A stretch of DNA of 63,424 nt, filler included, from Choristocarpus tenellus KU-1152 (taxonomy: Eukaryota > Protista > Phaeophyceae): NCBI GenBank assembly GCA_964200185.2. It is 12 parts of 12 records of this genome, joined end to end, with 100 filler letters (N's around TTAATTAATTAA, not from the genome) between each part and the next. Parts side by side here need not be neighbours in the genome. Positions count along the whole stretch, not along the records: positions 37,747 to 48,683 come from CAXNAD020002616.1; positions 48,784 to 56,890 come from CAXNAD020005137.1; 10 more parts are not named here. One strand, given 5' to 3'. This document shows positions 39,441-53,347 of the stretch, one piece after another. The translations under genes were made by a program, and so were the position numbers. Each line of letters opens with the position of its first letter. Within the stretch, counting starts at the first letter, position 1. The notes beneath the pieces were generated by a model. The model made no database searches, was not told the DNA's origin, and worked only from the letters and a program-made list of their open reading frames with translations.

Positions 39441-41771
39441 GAAGGGGGACCTCACGAATTGAACATCTTTGTACTTTTTTAGGAGAGTTTAGCCTGTGTA
39501 TTCCCGACCAGATCTATTCCCAGTTTGAACTTGGTTAGAACCCATACTACACTAGTTTTGCGCAAATTCAAAAAGACTTTGGATCGCCCAGCATTTATCA
39601 TCTTCCTCAGATCTAACACTAGTCCTAAGAAAAGTTGGACCTCTCTACAAATGAAAAGTTTGAACAATATTTTAGGTGCCCATTTGGAAGGATCGAGCAC
39701 ATCATGTGGGACACTATAATTTTTTTCCCTGCAGGAGCCTCAAATATAAGCATTCTCCATGTCATGTCACCGTTCGCTCTATTAGCAAATCATTTGGGAG
39801 CAATCCTACTAAAGGTTATACAAAAGAGTTCTCTGGGTCAGCTCTCACTCTACCCGAGTATCCATTTTAGAATGAATAGGTGGCATGAAGCACGATTGTA
39901 GTCTACGCTATCCAGGGCTTCAAATAGGGCCGTTCTGGGGCTTGCCGACTAGGAAACTCAACGTTGGTGAAGCGGCACAACATCATGATCTTTATCTTAG
40001 CAGTATCAGTATGTTGACTTTATATACTGTCAGAACCAACCTATCTTTGAGGGTGTTGACATGTACTTGGATTGTTGTAACTGCCTTCTGATGTTAGTAT
40101 TTCTACCACTCTGGATGAAGATTTCACGCCTATATTAATTAATGACCATCTTCTCTTCTGCAGCCACAGCCCTCCTGAGGGGAGTTAAGCTTCATCTCAG
40201 TGAAGGGAGCAGGGTGTCAGGCGGAGGGCATAATAAGCCCTGAATACTCAAAACGACCTAAACAGACCTCTTCTAAGATAGAATGACCCTCATCGGTTTA
40301 TTACCTAGTCATGATATACAGCCAACTGTGACCTCCTTGAATAACTGATGTGACCAATCGACAGTCAATTTTCTTGCAGCATCAGGAGAGTTGTCTTCTT
40401 TCTTGAGTGTGCCCATTTATCACTTCAAAGTAGTACATTAGCAGAGTACTGAGACTATTCCATGCCTATCTGTTCAAAAGAAGGAAAGGTGACTGAAGAA
40501 ATGTTGTTCAAATTTTGGATGGATCAGAGCCAACAGATGCATGCAGTAGATCCTCTCCAAATATCAGTGACGTTGTACATCAGTCATCTTAATATGCTTG
40601 GGAGGTGTGGATTAAGTTGGAGTTGACTTAATTGCACAGGAAGCTTTTTTCTGATTCCACATATACATGCTCCTCAGGATTGAATTCCAACCTCAGAACC
40701 ACCAACTTGTAATCCCAAGTCTATAACCACATTCAATTATTTTAGTCACCTTTGACTTTAGAAAACACAATAGTAGAACTGAAAATCGCCACTTTCTGAT
40801 TCCTGAGAAGACCAACTTACTCACCAGAGGAATGCCAATGATACTCTTGGGTAACAATGCTATTGAAACCATCGCTTTTCCGGAGAAGATGTGCAAGCCT
40901 CTTTAAGGTAGTGGACAGAAGGATGGCATGTTGTCGAACTGAAGAAGAAGCAACATATCATTCTCTCATAGGGTTTTGAAGTTTGTATTATGAAATCCTG
41001 TGTAAGAAAATAGCTCTACAGGACTCATTCCTTGTTCCTGGCAAGTGTAGGCTTTTGCCTCAGCTGAGCAGTCCACAATAAGAGCAGGAGGACGAAAACG
41101 GACATATTGACTACTGCTGCAATTCAAACCATACACCCACATTATACCACAGTTCTGGTGGTCATGGCTTGATTCGTATTTTGCATCCTCATCAGGCGTA
41201 GCAGCATGTTTCACGGCAAGTCAGGGTCTTTTTTCCTCTTCTGCTGTCAGTATAGCATGTTTGGCGGTGCTTGGAAGTTTGCACAATTGTTCTCACCCTT
41301 CTCACTATTTGTATCCTAATCTCGGATTGATCGCCATCAGAGTTATAAGTGAAATCTAATTAAATGGCCATTTCGAGATATTCATATTTAAACACCAACC
41401 GAGTTGCTAAGTTTGAGTATTACCTTAGTCGTTTCACTTCTGATTCCCTCGTCACCCTTACAGTATCAAGCATCTGACTCCCTAGAATTTTCGCCATTGC
41501 ATTTGTACTCTCGTCTCTCAAATGAGGACTGGTAATGTCAGCAATATATGCTTTCCTTGGATTCCTCTGTGGGATCGTTGTTCCAGACCATAATGCTCTT
41601 GACATCTGTACCTTTTCTTAGGTGTTGCCTGGGCTACCTCTGATGCTTTCTTCGTCAGAATCTGTGGCACTATCAGGGTCTGCATCCACCTCTGAATCCG
41701 AACCTGTCCCAAGCACTGATCAATTAGTGTTCAGTAGTAAAAAAACAGACTACTATACTTCACAGGCATGG

Positions 41772-43469
41772 TTAAAGACTCCACCCCGTCACTTCCTCTG
41801 TTGATAATCGATATTTCTTTCCAAATACTCTACATAATATGCCAAGTTTTCTATTCAAATTTGGATCTTTGATAAACGGGTCTTGGTTAGATGGCACATC
41901 AACAAGCTCTTGCTCCTCACCTCTAGGATTTATGCTTCCCACACGTTCACTATCCTCCTCTGATAAGCGTCCTGTCCCAAGTGACCTGTCTGGCTCACTA
42001 TTGTCCACCTTACTGCCCGTAGATCCCTTCTCAATGCTGATTTGGCTGCCTTCATCCGATGACTCATCCTCGCCCTCTGTTTCTCTGCCCGTTTCAGAGT
42101 TCGAACTCCTCACTGACTGGCCTGAACCACTCGATCGGGTTCTCCCCTCAGATACATCATCCTCTGAATCATCTCCTCTAGCGTCCTCAGATTCATCTTC
42201 TTCCTCTGAGCTCCAGGTTCCCTCACTTCTTTTGCTGCTCCTCTTTATTGGTTCATCCTCCAATTTTCCTCCTATACCATCCCTGGATGGTTTACCCTCA
42301 CGTTCAACAACTTCCTCTGAGCTCCAACCTGTTCCTTTATCGGAGCTGGCAACAGAGTGACTCCTTGACTCTCTGATCTCCTGCTCTGTTCCTCTATCTC
42401 CATCAGGGCTTGAGCTCCTCTGTGAACGATACGTATCACTCTTTTGGGTTCTTCCCTCAGATAGATCATCCCCTGAATCACTTTCTTCATCAGATTGTAA
42501 GGATGTTTCCCCACGACCATCTTCTTGCTCAGAACCCCAGTCTCCTAGTCTCCTTTGGGTACTTCCCTCAGGCAGTCCATTACTCTCTGACCCACTTCCC
42601 CGAATGCTTTGGGAGGTGCCATACCTAGAATTAATGACTTCCTCCGACCCCTGGCTTGCCCCTCTTTCTGAACTAGCGGCAGAGTGGCCTCTAGATTCCC
42701 TGATTTCTGGATCCGTTCCCCTGCTCTTTCCAGGGTTTGAATTCCTTATTGATTGACCTGAACCACTCCTTGAGGTTCTGTCCTCAGACGCGTCATCTGC
42801 TACATCGTTTTCTTTGATAGCTTCGGAATCAGTTTCTTCTTCTGAACTCTGAACTCTTCCGCTTCTTGACATGCTTCCTTCCGACAGGTCATCCTCTGGT
42901 TTATCTCCTTTAGCATTTGTTGAAGTTATATCATTAGGGTTGGGGTCTACGGTAACAGTTTCGTCCAGGTTCCAATCCATCCCCTTACCTAAACTAGCAG
43001 CAGAGAGACCTCTTGAATCTCTGCTCTCCGTCCTTATTCCTCTGCCTGTATCAGGGTTTGAACCCCTCCCTGACCAACCCGATCCACCCCGAGGTGTTCT
43101 TCTCTCAGAAACCTCATGCTTTGAAGCATCTTGACTATCACTCTTGGAGATTTTATTCTTGTGGTCAGTTTCTTCCTCTGAGCTTTTGCCTGTCTCTTGA
43201 ACTAGTATAACAGCAGAGTTGTCCCTTGGCTCACTATCATTTCCTAAATGGCTGTAGTCAGTCTTGGATTTACTAGATAAAGTCTTGCTGATATCTGCGG
43301 TGTGAAGGGAAGTCTGTCTGCTTGTCATGGTGGCAAATTGTTGACGTAGTTCCTCAACAAGCTCTTCTAGGTCTTTGATGCGCTCATGAGTCTTTGGTAT
43401 GCTCTCTGCAATACCCCTGGAAACTTTCTCCTTGACCTCAAGCTTGTCATCCACTCGTGGTAAGTTCAC
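41772..43469 (-). CDS. Giant (1.7 kb) exon: short coiled coil then S/E/G/R/D-rich repeats; probably terminal part of the coiled-coil gene at 46138-47626
   Basis: 565-codon open frame starts exactly after an acceptor (TTACCCAG|GTG) in phase 0; four ~100-aa degenerate repeats D(D/E)xSE(G/R/D)RT..SGSGQS.R.SNP...RG...IRESRG.SAAS. Confidence 0.7.
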   Translation of the reverse strand: MNLPRVDDKLEVKEKVSRGIAESIPKTHERIKDLEELVEELRQQFATMTSRQTSLHTADISKTLSSKSKTDYSHLGNDSEPRDNSAVILVQETGKSSEEETDHKNKISKSDSQDASKHEVSERRTPRGGSGWSGRGSNPDTGRGIRTESRDSRGLSAASLGKGMDWNLDETVTVDPNPNDITSTNAKGDKPEDDLSEGSMSRSGRVQSSEEETDSEAIKENDVADDASEDRTSRSGSGQSIRNSNPGKSRGTDPEIRESRGHSAASSERGASQGSEEVINSRYGTSQSIRGSGSESNGLPEGSTQRRLGDWGSEQEDGRGETSLQSDEESDSGDDLSEGRTQKSDTYRSQRSSSPDGDRGTEQEIRESRSHSVASSDKGTGWSSEEVVEREGKPSRDGIGGKLEDEPIKRSSKRSEGTWSSEEEDESEDARGDDSEDDVSEGRTRSSGSGQSVRSSNSETGRETEGEDESSDEGSQISIEKGSTGSKVDNSEPDRSLGTGRLSEEDSERVGSINPRGEEQELVDVPSNQDPFIKDPNLNRKLGILCRVFGKKYRLSTEEVTGWSL

Positions 43470-45007
43470 CTGGGTAATTTTTTAAATACTAATGTGAGTT
43501 TAGTAGGTCAGATAGTGCTCTAAAGCAGAGCTAAGCACGAAGAGTCTCACACTTTTATGCCAATATATGCCCAATGCATGTGGTGTGTAAATAGCACAGG
43601 TTTCTGAATATGTAATGACTTACTCCAAGTGGAAAGAGTAAAATCGTTATGTACTCAAGTTTGTGCAAGTATGGGGTACCTCTGCAATACGCGAGAGCCT
43701 CTGCTGTACCTTACTATACTACCTTTTTTCCCGGGACTATAAAACAGTATCCAATGCAACAAATCACCGTTTACACCTTGAAGACAAACTTATTCCATGA
43801 TACTCAATGATCAAGATCACTTCTTTACAGCCCCTTAAATATGAACCTCTAGTTTAGGAACTAGTGCACCCATGAGTTTTTGAGCATTGTTCTCATGCCC
43901 GAGAGATTTACTCAGAGTATCAAAAAGAACTCTTTTGTGAAATATGGTATCCACGCAACCAACTGAGGCACCTGTGACACACCCTGATGTTAGTGACTTT
44001 GACACACCCAAAGTAACTCATGTGTCCATATTATGTAATGCTTTGAAGTGTGCAGATGTGACTTTTTTCACACTCTGGGAATAAACTGGAAGTTTTTAAA
44101 TGCTGTCTACGCTACAGGTACTGGCATGCTCTGGTTCTCTTCATCTCAGTTGGTCTGGGTTTGTCTGTGACTACACAAACATCATCCTTGAGAAAGATAG
44201 TCTCAAGTGCATCCTAAAAGATAGCCTACTACTGAGAGGAGAGTTATTGCAGCAATAGATAGTGTTCTTCAGTATCTGCAGTGTGAGTGAATACAAGTGT
44301 ATTCAAAAACACCAGGGTGGTGTTAACTTGTACAACTTATTCAGTTCATCTTACCCTTCTCTTTTGAAGCACAAGAGGTATTATAATGCATTCAGATATG
44401 GGCTGCTTGAATAACCCGTCCTCATTTGATGAAGGGAGTACCAAACCACAATAATGAACATTTATATGTGGCGCAGGAGTTGTATTTTACTGCTTCCACC
44501 ATCACACTGCTCCATGCCCAACAAACTATATTTTCTGCTCAAGAACAGTTCGGGAACACTGTATTTTGTTGGCGAAGTTGGTAACTTGTTATCACCACAA
44601 TTCCCTCTATTGGAATATGGGTCGACTCTTTCACCTTGAGACCATTTTCAGGGAAGAAGTAGAAACAGCCAGGGACTTGGCCATGTTAGAATATTTAATC
44701 TATGGTCTGCCAGGTGTATTTTTTTAATACTCGGGCAGAAATATATATATTGATATTTCTATATTATTTTCTGTTTTACTATTTTAGAGACTGTGGAAAA
44801 TTCGAAATTGAATACAGATACATCATTGAGTGTTTGGCGATTTGTTACTTCAAGATGTGTTACACTCTATTTATACACTCATTCATCAAGGGCCAAATGT
44901 GCAAATACATAAAATATGTAAAATAAAAGGAATTCCATGCACAAATGCCTCCTAACATTCTCACTGCACATATATATGCATATACTCTTCAGACTTTGAA
45001 CCAAGAA

Positions 45008-45266
45008 GAGCCAAAGTATCTTAGAGGGTAGAACCGCGTCCATTTCGGGGTCAAATTCCAATATTCCAATTTTGATGTAATTTTGACAATCATGTTTTTG
45101 AGGAAGTGTCAATATCCTTGTTCCGGACACACCTCTTCATAACGTGCAAATTTTACCTACTCCTAAACATATCGGAGTAGGAAAAAGTCATAAAACACCT
45201 GTGGGAAGCCAAGTCCCAAATGGACAAAACAGGGCAAAACTCGTACCCTCTAAGATACTTTCACTC
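45008..45266 (-). mobile_element. MITE family B, complete, 4-bp TSD AGAA
   Basis: 23-bp TIR GAG(CC/TG)AAAGTATCTTAGAGGGTA; AGAA at 45004-45007 and 45267-45270. Confidence 0.9.
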
Positions 45267-46137
45267 AGAAGTTCAGAGAAGATTTGAAAGAGTACTATCT
45301 ATATGCACATACTACTGGAGTATATCTAAACCTTTGAAATGTACACATTTTTCATTGTGAAGTAGTACAGAACGTACTAGATGCGGTTCAGACATTTCAG
45401 AAAAAAAGTAATGTTGGCCTGGGGCCATGGTCCACACATGCAAGAAAAAGTGACTGTGTGGCCTGCGGACACAGACCAGTATAATTTCACAGTGGACATG
45501 GTTCGAACATGATAGAGAATGGCAGACCCGATCTGACCAGAGAACATGAACCAGGACATGTTAAATAGTTGTGGGACCGGTCTGGTCGGCGGACGGGACT
45601 ATTTTAATATGCCGATTGAGTGGAAGGCCCCCTAAAAAATAGCACATAGGTATATGTATGTCATCAAAGCTGAATTCTTGGCTTCTTCTATGTCATCAAT
45701 ATCATACGAGGTAAAAGACTCTATATACTCAAAATTCTGCAACTCCTCTACTCATGTACCAACAGTAAAAAAGTTGCATATATTTTATGCATCACTGATA
45801 GCGTTGAGGGGTGGTGGTGACATCAACAATAAGAATGGAAAAATTATACACCAATGGAGTAGCCTGTACATCTCATTGAACGAGTAAGGTACGTTTGTCC
45901 TGTAAAAGTTCTCACTCCCTGGAGTTTTGACTCATTACTAATTATAATATCAACCATATTTCAATGGAGTTTCTGACCTCCCTTCCATCGTAATGATGCT
46001 CTCGAAGTTCTTTGGCGTGTTTGGCACTCATTGTTTCTCATTCTATGCGCCATCCATCTCATGGGGTCCTTCGAAACAAAGGACATCACCTGTGATTTTC
46101 TTAAAAGCTTATCATTGTACGGCTCAGGGCTTGTTAC

Positions 46138-47626
46138 CTTTTCCTCAAGCTTTGTCTCTCTGGTCAGCTGCACATTCCTCATCTCAGTCTGAAGCACCGC
46201 CATCTCAGCTTGAATTCGTCTTGTTTGCGGGTGCATGGCATCAACGCTTGCAATCTCTCTTGCATGAGAGTAGTCTCTCTGCTGGTCGGCACATTTTTTT
46301 TGTAATTGTTTCTCAGCTGCTATTCCTTCCACCACCGACGACACCAGAGATGAAATTGCAAGCTTCACCTCAACCTCAGCCTTGAGCTCTTCTTCAACCT
46401 GCAATCACATGAGATTCACAAGAGGGAAGACATTTCTCCTGTCTCAAAGCAAACTTACATTTAATAGTTGGACAACCTATAGAGCGATGTGATACAACAA
46501 ATTTGGAACATCCTCCACCTACACATCATTCTTCCAGAATTATTTTTCGACATTTCAACAAGTGATTTGGTGTTCATGAAGAGTCAAAGTAAACAAGAGA
46601 TACCCGAATTTTGGTCAATTGTTGAAACATTTTGGTTGTTTTGCGCTTTAAGTAGGAGTAATTGTTTCATCTTTGAGTGAAAGTATTTTAGAGGGTACGA
46701 ATTTTTCACTGTTTGTCCATTTGGGGCTTGACTTCCCACGGGTTTTGAATGACATGCTACCTCCTCCAAAATTTTTCGAAGGAAGTAAAATGTATACGTT
46801 ATGAAAAGGTGCACCTGGAACAAGGATATTGACATCTCCTAACAAACATGATAGCCAAAATTTCATAAAAATTTCAACATTGGATTTCACCCGCAAATGG
46901 ACGCAACTCTGCCCTCTAAGATACTTTAACTCCTTTTTCAAACAGCCCTTTCCATGGATGATTTGCTAAGTTTGACTTGAGACCCCTGGTTTCTCTATTG
47001 AGTGAAAAATTGCTGCAGAATTCAAAAACGTCCCATAGCGCGTTTCTTTATTCAAAAAGTCGAATTCTGTACATTTTTCATCATCCTTAAAATGCAACCC
47101 TGGGTACCTCTCGTTTACTCGGGCTCAAAAAAAAATCGCTGTTGATAGGAGAACAATAAGAATATCAAGATTGAGGGGGAGGAATTATGGATTAATGATC
47201 ATTATAACATCTTTTGGGTCACACGTTGACCCAGTAGAGTGCATTCATCCTGTAAGTCAGTCAATCTCCGCATTAATTTGCTACCTGTCTGAGGCGGCAC
47301 TGGACACTACCAAATTTATCGTCAGTCTCCTTCATGAGAGCGTGTAGCTGCCGCTTGATAACTGCAGCTTTGTCCACTGTTTGCAGCCTTGTCTGGAGGG
47401 CTCCCGTGCAATCATCCATTGTATCTTCCAAGGAAGCGTCTCTTGCTTGAAGTTCTGCACGGATCGAGTCAAGCTCGTGAGTAAATACTTTGACAGAATC
47501 ATCAAGCAGCTTTTTTACCATGTCAGAGTGCTCTTGAGTACACTGGATAACTTCCTTTGTGCTGAGCCGCTCTCTATCGAGTCGCTCCTCCAACCAGTGC
47601 TGCTCACGCTCCATTGAGGCTTCAAC
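46138..47626 (-). CDS. Coiled-coil protein of unknown function, exons 47285-47626 and 46138-46398
   Basis: Both exons are bounded by CAG|...|GT, are multiples of 3, and give a heptad-rich E/L/Q/R/K translation. Confidence 0.65.
46675..46932 (+). mobile_element. MITE family B, complete, 4-bp TSD CTTT
   Basis: GAGTGAAAGTATTTTAGAGGG...CCCTCTAAGATACTTTAACTC; CTTT at 46671-46674 and 46933-46936. Confidence 0.9.
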
Positions 47627-50230
47627 CTGCACTGAAAATGCACCCTGTTCTTGGCAAGTATCAGCTTCCTGGGTGCTGTCATCCGGACACATTTGGTATC
47701 TTGCTTCCTACACCGGAATATGAATAGAGCAGCGAATGGGGCAAAGAGTCAAACCCAACAAGCAGGGCATGCGTTTCTGCCGTTCAAAATTTCAAGTAAC
47801 TCAAAGCATCCTGGAGGGGGAGGTAGTATAGAATAGATTGTCCATTCAGGGCTTGATGGGATGTTGGAAATCTCCAAGAAAAAGTATGGTGTCCGTTTTG
47901 CGTGTATTCTTATTATTTTTCTGATTTGGTTTAGGCAGAGGAATGGAAAACGAAGGTGCACCCAGATGAAGGAAATTACTCATGTACCTGTAATGTTCAC
48001 TCTAATTTCATGAAAATCGTAATGGGGTTACAAGGGCCCCAATTGGACATCTGACCCCCCTCTATAATACTATGGGACGGAAGTTGTCTTGCCCTTGTTT
48101 AAAAAGATGAAGGCATTAAAAAAAAAGGGTGCCAATAAGTATCATGTGCTTTTTCAAACTGAATGTACAAACAAAACAGTCAAAATGCACTCTGTAGTGG
48201 CGGAGTGTGTAGATGATTTTGGTTTCAGCAGGATCTCCCTCTTGATTAGTTCAATCCTTACTTCTCGGTTACTTTAGTGCATTTTATTGCATTGCTATTC
48301 TCGAGTATCTTAAATGCATTTTCTTAACTATGGGGTGCTCTGGTAGCAATAGATAATTATATTTTCTCCCACGGTAGATTCTTCTCGCGTGGTACTAACC
48401 TTTATTTCAGTTTCATCCCTGTCATTGATATTGTTTACCTCATGAGTACGATTGATCAGCTACAGAGACACAAGATACAAAGGCAGGCTATCAATTTCAT
48501 TTTAAGTAGCGGTTACGTTAACACTGTATGCGGTATTGCTCTGTTGAATCTTTCTAACTAATCAAAATTTTCTACAACCAGATCAAACTTTTTATGTAGT
48601 ACAATGTGGCCAGTGTGGTGCATAAAGTTTGTTTGAGTTAGGTTAGGGTAGACCCAAAGTATCTGGGAGGGGGGGGGGGTCTANNNNNNNNNNNNNNNNN
48701 NNNNNNNNNNNNNNNNNNNNNNNNNNNTTAATTAATTAANNNNNNNNNNNNNNNNNNNNNNNNNNNNNNNNNNNNNNNNNNNNATCCCCGGAAAAAAAGA
48801 GTTTTTTTCCCCAAACCGACACCCCCTCACATACCCCCACCCCCCCCCCCCCAGATACTTTGACCAATAGATGCATAGAGATTAGATGTCCCGATTCACT
48901 GCAGTCTTGAAACAGAGGTCTAGAAGAGGATACTTGAGATAGGAGGTCTCAAAGAAGGGAGTGTTAGCACCAACACCGAGAGGGATTGTAGTCACACACC
49001 CCATATGTAACCATCTATGTTCACATTCCAGACTGAATGTCGCCATCACTGTTAACAGATACACACAATGACCACGCATTCTCAAGATTTTTTTTGTATT
49101 TCTATATTTTTACATCTTCTTATCTTATGATTGCTGCTTGCGACGGCAGCATCATCAAACTACAGAGTTTCAGGGCCCGTAAGGACGGTCTCACCTTGGG
49201 AGGAGCTTATTGGAGCCGTAGGATCACTGTACAGGACAGCTATCAGACTGCCGTACCTCCTCCAACTCACCAGAACCATGAGGATCAGCACACCAATGAC
49301 AGCCAGCTGCCATCGGATGAAGACCATCTGCAACAAATTGAAAAACGCTTCTTAGCATGAATGATGACATTACAAGTGTGCTCGCTTGCTCTTGTGGCGA
49401 GATACTGGTAGTACAGATGCATCTCCCCCGGGGTATACCTTTACTCTGTGTGTGGGATTTTGTGCACATTGTCTGTGTTTGCAAGAGTTTACCCTCGCTG
49501 AGGTATTGTAGAGGTATTTTTTTCTTTTGTTGCGGATGCTTGGGGTTAGGGTTAGAGAGTGAAAGTGCTTCCACAGTGTGCATACACCAAGTTCTGCTAC
49601 AGAAGTAAAACTCCATCTAACACACCACATGCATTAAAAAAGAAAAAAAATGGCAAAGGGACTGTGACCATTGGGGCCTGTACTAGGTGTATTAGAGTGG
49701 AAAAAAGTGAGGTAATTGTTTGAGCAAGTAGCTATCTTTGCCATGATATCACGCAGTGCATCCTGATGCCTTGATTGGTTGACATGTGGCACTCTACGAA
49801 ACATAAAGGTCTTGCCGTACGTCCTAGGGCAACCACAATGATTGCGAAGTACACCCTGCAAGAATCTGCTAAGGAGGTTTGACCTCTTTTTTTCACTTTG
49901 CGAAGCAGTTGTCTGCCTACCGACACCCCAGCCTTCCTCCTCCACAATTGTCCGGGCCACTCAACAGAGGTGAGTGCTGTGACACTCAGGCACCAGACAA
50001 ACAGAGTCTGTGGTAAAACCATGCGGTCAGAAACATAACAAAAGCTGCAGTAGTTTTCTATTTGCCCAAGTCCGAATTCCTTTTGGATCCTTCGAAAGCA
50101 AGGCACCCCAGGTCTCTACCTTGAAGGAGAGGTTCCTTTCGGCAACATACACACAACAGCCCCGGCTATATACCTTTTGGCTCTTAATGCACACCTTACT
50201 ACCATACAGATTCTGAGGGGAAATACTTAC

Positions 50231-50965
50231 ATGAGGTGAAAGGATGAGTTCTTCTACCTTGTCATGCCTCCTCAATCCTACCAGGTGAGGTGAGAAGCAC
50301 GTAACGGTGGCGATAAGGGGGTTGGGGAATCAGAAACACAACGTATTAGAAACCATAGAGCTGAGATGATCCAGCCCAGTCCCAGAGGAACCGAATCACG
50401 ATTTGAGCGCAGTAGAAAAACACGGTCGCGAAGGGCAGGCAAAAGAGACGGGGTTGAACAGAATGAGCTCGAACCAACATGAGAGACTAAGCTAGGATCA
50501 GGATACTAGGAGTTGAGACCAATCCTTCCACTTGGCAAAGTGCTATTATTGGTTGTGAACGGTCACTGCTGGAGTAAGTCATCTTCCCTCCCTCGGCAAA
50601 AATTATGATATCTTCTCACCCCCCAACGGATCGTTGCCCCTTTCGCCAGTCCGACTCCCAACGAGCAGAACCTCGTCCGTTCGCTTCGTTACCATATCGA
50701 CGCCCTTGTCGGGCTCATTAGTGATTGGACTACCTTGTTGAGTCCACAGCTTGGGCCTTGGTGGGTCTTCGGATGCGAAGTCATCTTCAACCAGACGCTC
50801 CTCCGACGTCGAAACGCTCAACATGTCCTTCTGATCAGGGTCAGCATCCACCAAACCACTAATACTGGAAGCTTCACCTGTTGATGCCGGACCTATGCCA
50901 ACAGGAAGGGATACTTTTCCGGGCAAGGAATCCGCACTACCGCCATCAACTAAAGCACCATCCAT
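50231..50965 (-). CDS. Hypothetical spliced gene fragment (exons 50620-50965 and 50231-50277)
   Basis: Acidic low-complexity ORF ending at G|GTGAGA joins in phase 1 to TAG|GA TTG AGG...CAT|GTAAGT; no recognisable domain. Confidence 0.35.
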
Positions 50966-53347
50966 TCGATCACCCTCTCTCTAACTGTCTTAATTGGCAA
51001 TTCCAATGTAGTTGGTCTTATCTGGAATATCACCTTCACTCCTTACCTATATTTCACACTTAACGAAACAAGTTTGAAAAGGGGAAATAAACAAATGTCA
51101 AGTGTGAACTATCAGTAGATATGACAGAATAGAGCCAGCGTTGCACCCGATTTCTCACGACAATATAACAAATACTTTAAACCACTGTTTTACACACATC
51201 GTTTACATCGTTTTTGGGGGTACTTACCTTCACCCGATCGCACACACAAAACCCACGCGTGTCCCTCGGAGATATTCAGCTTGATTTGCGCTCGTTATTC
51301 TCGGCAGCTGATACTCGTTTGCAGTCTGGCATTGCTTGCTCCTCTGTTCGTACTCATTGTTCCCGATCCGACAAGCTCAATCGTCATGTGGGTTTGTAGG
51401 CAATCGTCCCCACGAAAACCACTATTGCAGCCTGCTTCCTGCCACTCGAAGTGGATGGCGTGATAATTTTGTTGGATTTCTGCGTAGGCTCGTGGAGGTA
51501 ACGATTTCCCTTCATCAGACCTTCCGGCGCACGCGTGAAAAACATCGGTTGTTGGAACGGGATCCAAGGGTTAGAGGTGGGAGTGCGATCTGCAGCCCAT
51601 CCGTGTTATTGTGTTCGTATCTGTCCATCAGACTAAAATGCAGAGAAGAAGCTCTCTCTTTCTCTCCCGGGTGTCTCTTGCAACAACATCTTCTTGTGTT
51701 GTTGGTATCCTCACCTACACTTGCGACCATTCCTTTACGTTTTGACAACAGAATTTCACTCGTCTCCAAAATTACACGCACGCGACGAACTTGTTCCGAC
51801 AATCCTGTCGAGGGATAATCCTGTGAAATACTACTGCACCTCCCTTAAAACAACTGCATTGGGCTAACTACCAAATTTCCATGTTTAGGACGAGGTACCA
51901 TGAGGTGCAATGTGTTGGCTTGTGACAGTTTAGAGCTGTGTCACTATGGAAAGAGGAGGGGACTCTCCGCCTGTTAGTAGCCAATGTGCTCCAGCAGACC
52001 CAGAAGGAAAGGAACTTCGAGGGGATTGTGCCGCGGTAAATCCTTGGGGCCTGTGCTGGGTGAAAAAGAGGAGATGCTCCATCAGCCAGCAGCCACGATG
52101 CAACAGCAGCACTAGGAGGATGACACAGGGTGGGCCTATTCCTGGGTAGCAGTGATGAGCTGAGACTAGGTAGAAGGGGTGGGCTGTGCGTGCGCGGGAG
52201 CTGTACGTGCATGAGCCGATCTAGTGAAGTATGCACTAATGGCTGCAGGGTCTGTGAGTAAGTTTGCCCTTGAAAATGGTCAGCAGGAAATCCTAAACTA
52301 CTGATGAAGGCCTCACAAGCCAGGGCCCTGACACCATCAAAACAAGTCACAATCTGGGCTAACAATCCCCTAGACATCTCAACCTTCAAGAAACTATTGA
52401 CTACATGTAGCACTAAAAGGGTTAGGGTAAGAACCGTAGGGGGGGATTGGCTCGTCCACTACTTCACTTCTAGTAGTAATAGCTACTAATTCCATAAGCG
52501 TTACGCACGGAGTGTTGGGTATTTTGAACTATGTTCAGACCCACCCCCCTAGCTTCAATTCTATCTCTCGTCCTACAAGTTTTTGCTGAGCATTATTTTA
52601 GGGGATGGTTGACGAATTACATTCTTTGTTTCCATCGTAACCCTAGCCCCAACTTCTATCTGTGTATTCCAAGAATTTTTGTTCAAAACTATCGAGGGCA
52701 TGGTTGACCCAAAATGTAATTTTCTGGTCGACCCCCGGCCTGTGATACCCCTATTACAAGTTTCGAATTCCCTGTTGGCCACTTTCTTGGCCAATACTAC
52801 ACACATACCCTGCAGCTACATATACATATTTTGATATCAATCATCAATTTTTGTGCAGGCAAGCACAGTCGCCCTAGGCACACCCCACCCCTTTTACCTG
52901 GGCACAGCACATTCTGCTACCCAGGTACAGTACCCCCTGTGTCATTGCTCCTGGTACAGCTGGAGCACCGGGTCTGCTAGCTGGTGGAACATCTCCTCTG
53001 TTCCCCAGACACAGACCACACAGCTCCCTCCTGTATCCTTCCCCTTCTGCTGCTTGAGTATTGTGACTCCCATTTTGCCCCCACCACAGCCCCTATAGGC
53101 TTACCCATGCAGACACACCATAATTATTATTTTTCTCCTGGGTCTGCTGAAGCACAATGGGTACTGATTGGCAGAGGGTCCCCTCCTGTTAACCCCTGGC
53201 GCAGTCCTCTCATGATACCGACTCATATCATCACGCCCCTCAGTACCCTCCTGGTCACAGAAAGTCATATGTAGCCCATTGTTTGTGCAAGTGAGACATA
53301 GATAGGAGTGCTAAATATGAGGATCATCACTCAATAGCAAGCTTTTA

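Noticed and set aside
41839-43134. Plus-strand Ser/Leu/Pro-rich ORFs
   Set aside because: Antisense shadows of the 565-aa minus-strand exon.
38954-43469. One full-length LINE with the 565-aa ORF as ORF1 and family C as its 3' end
   Set aside because: The family C dimer has its own TSD, no RT motifs were found in 39130-41700, and the ORF starts at a splice acceptor.
44270-44330. HHPGVFEYTCIHSHC as a KDZ transposase motif
   Set aside because: Downstream KDZ motifs (YD..C, D.FH...H) were not found; too short to call.
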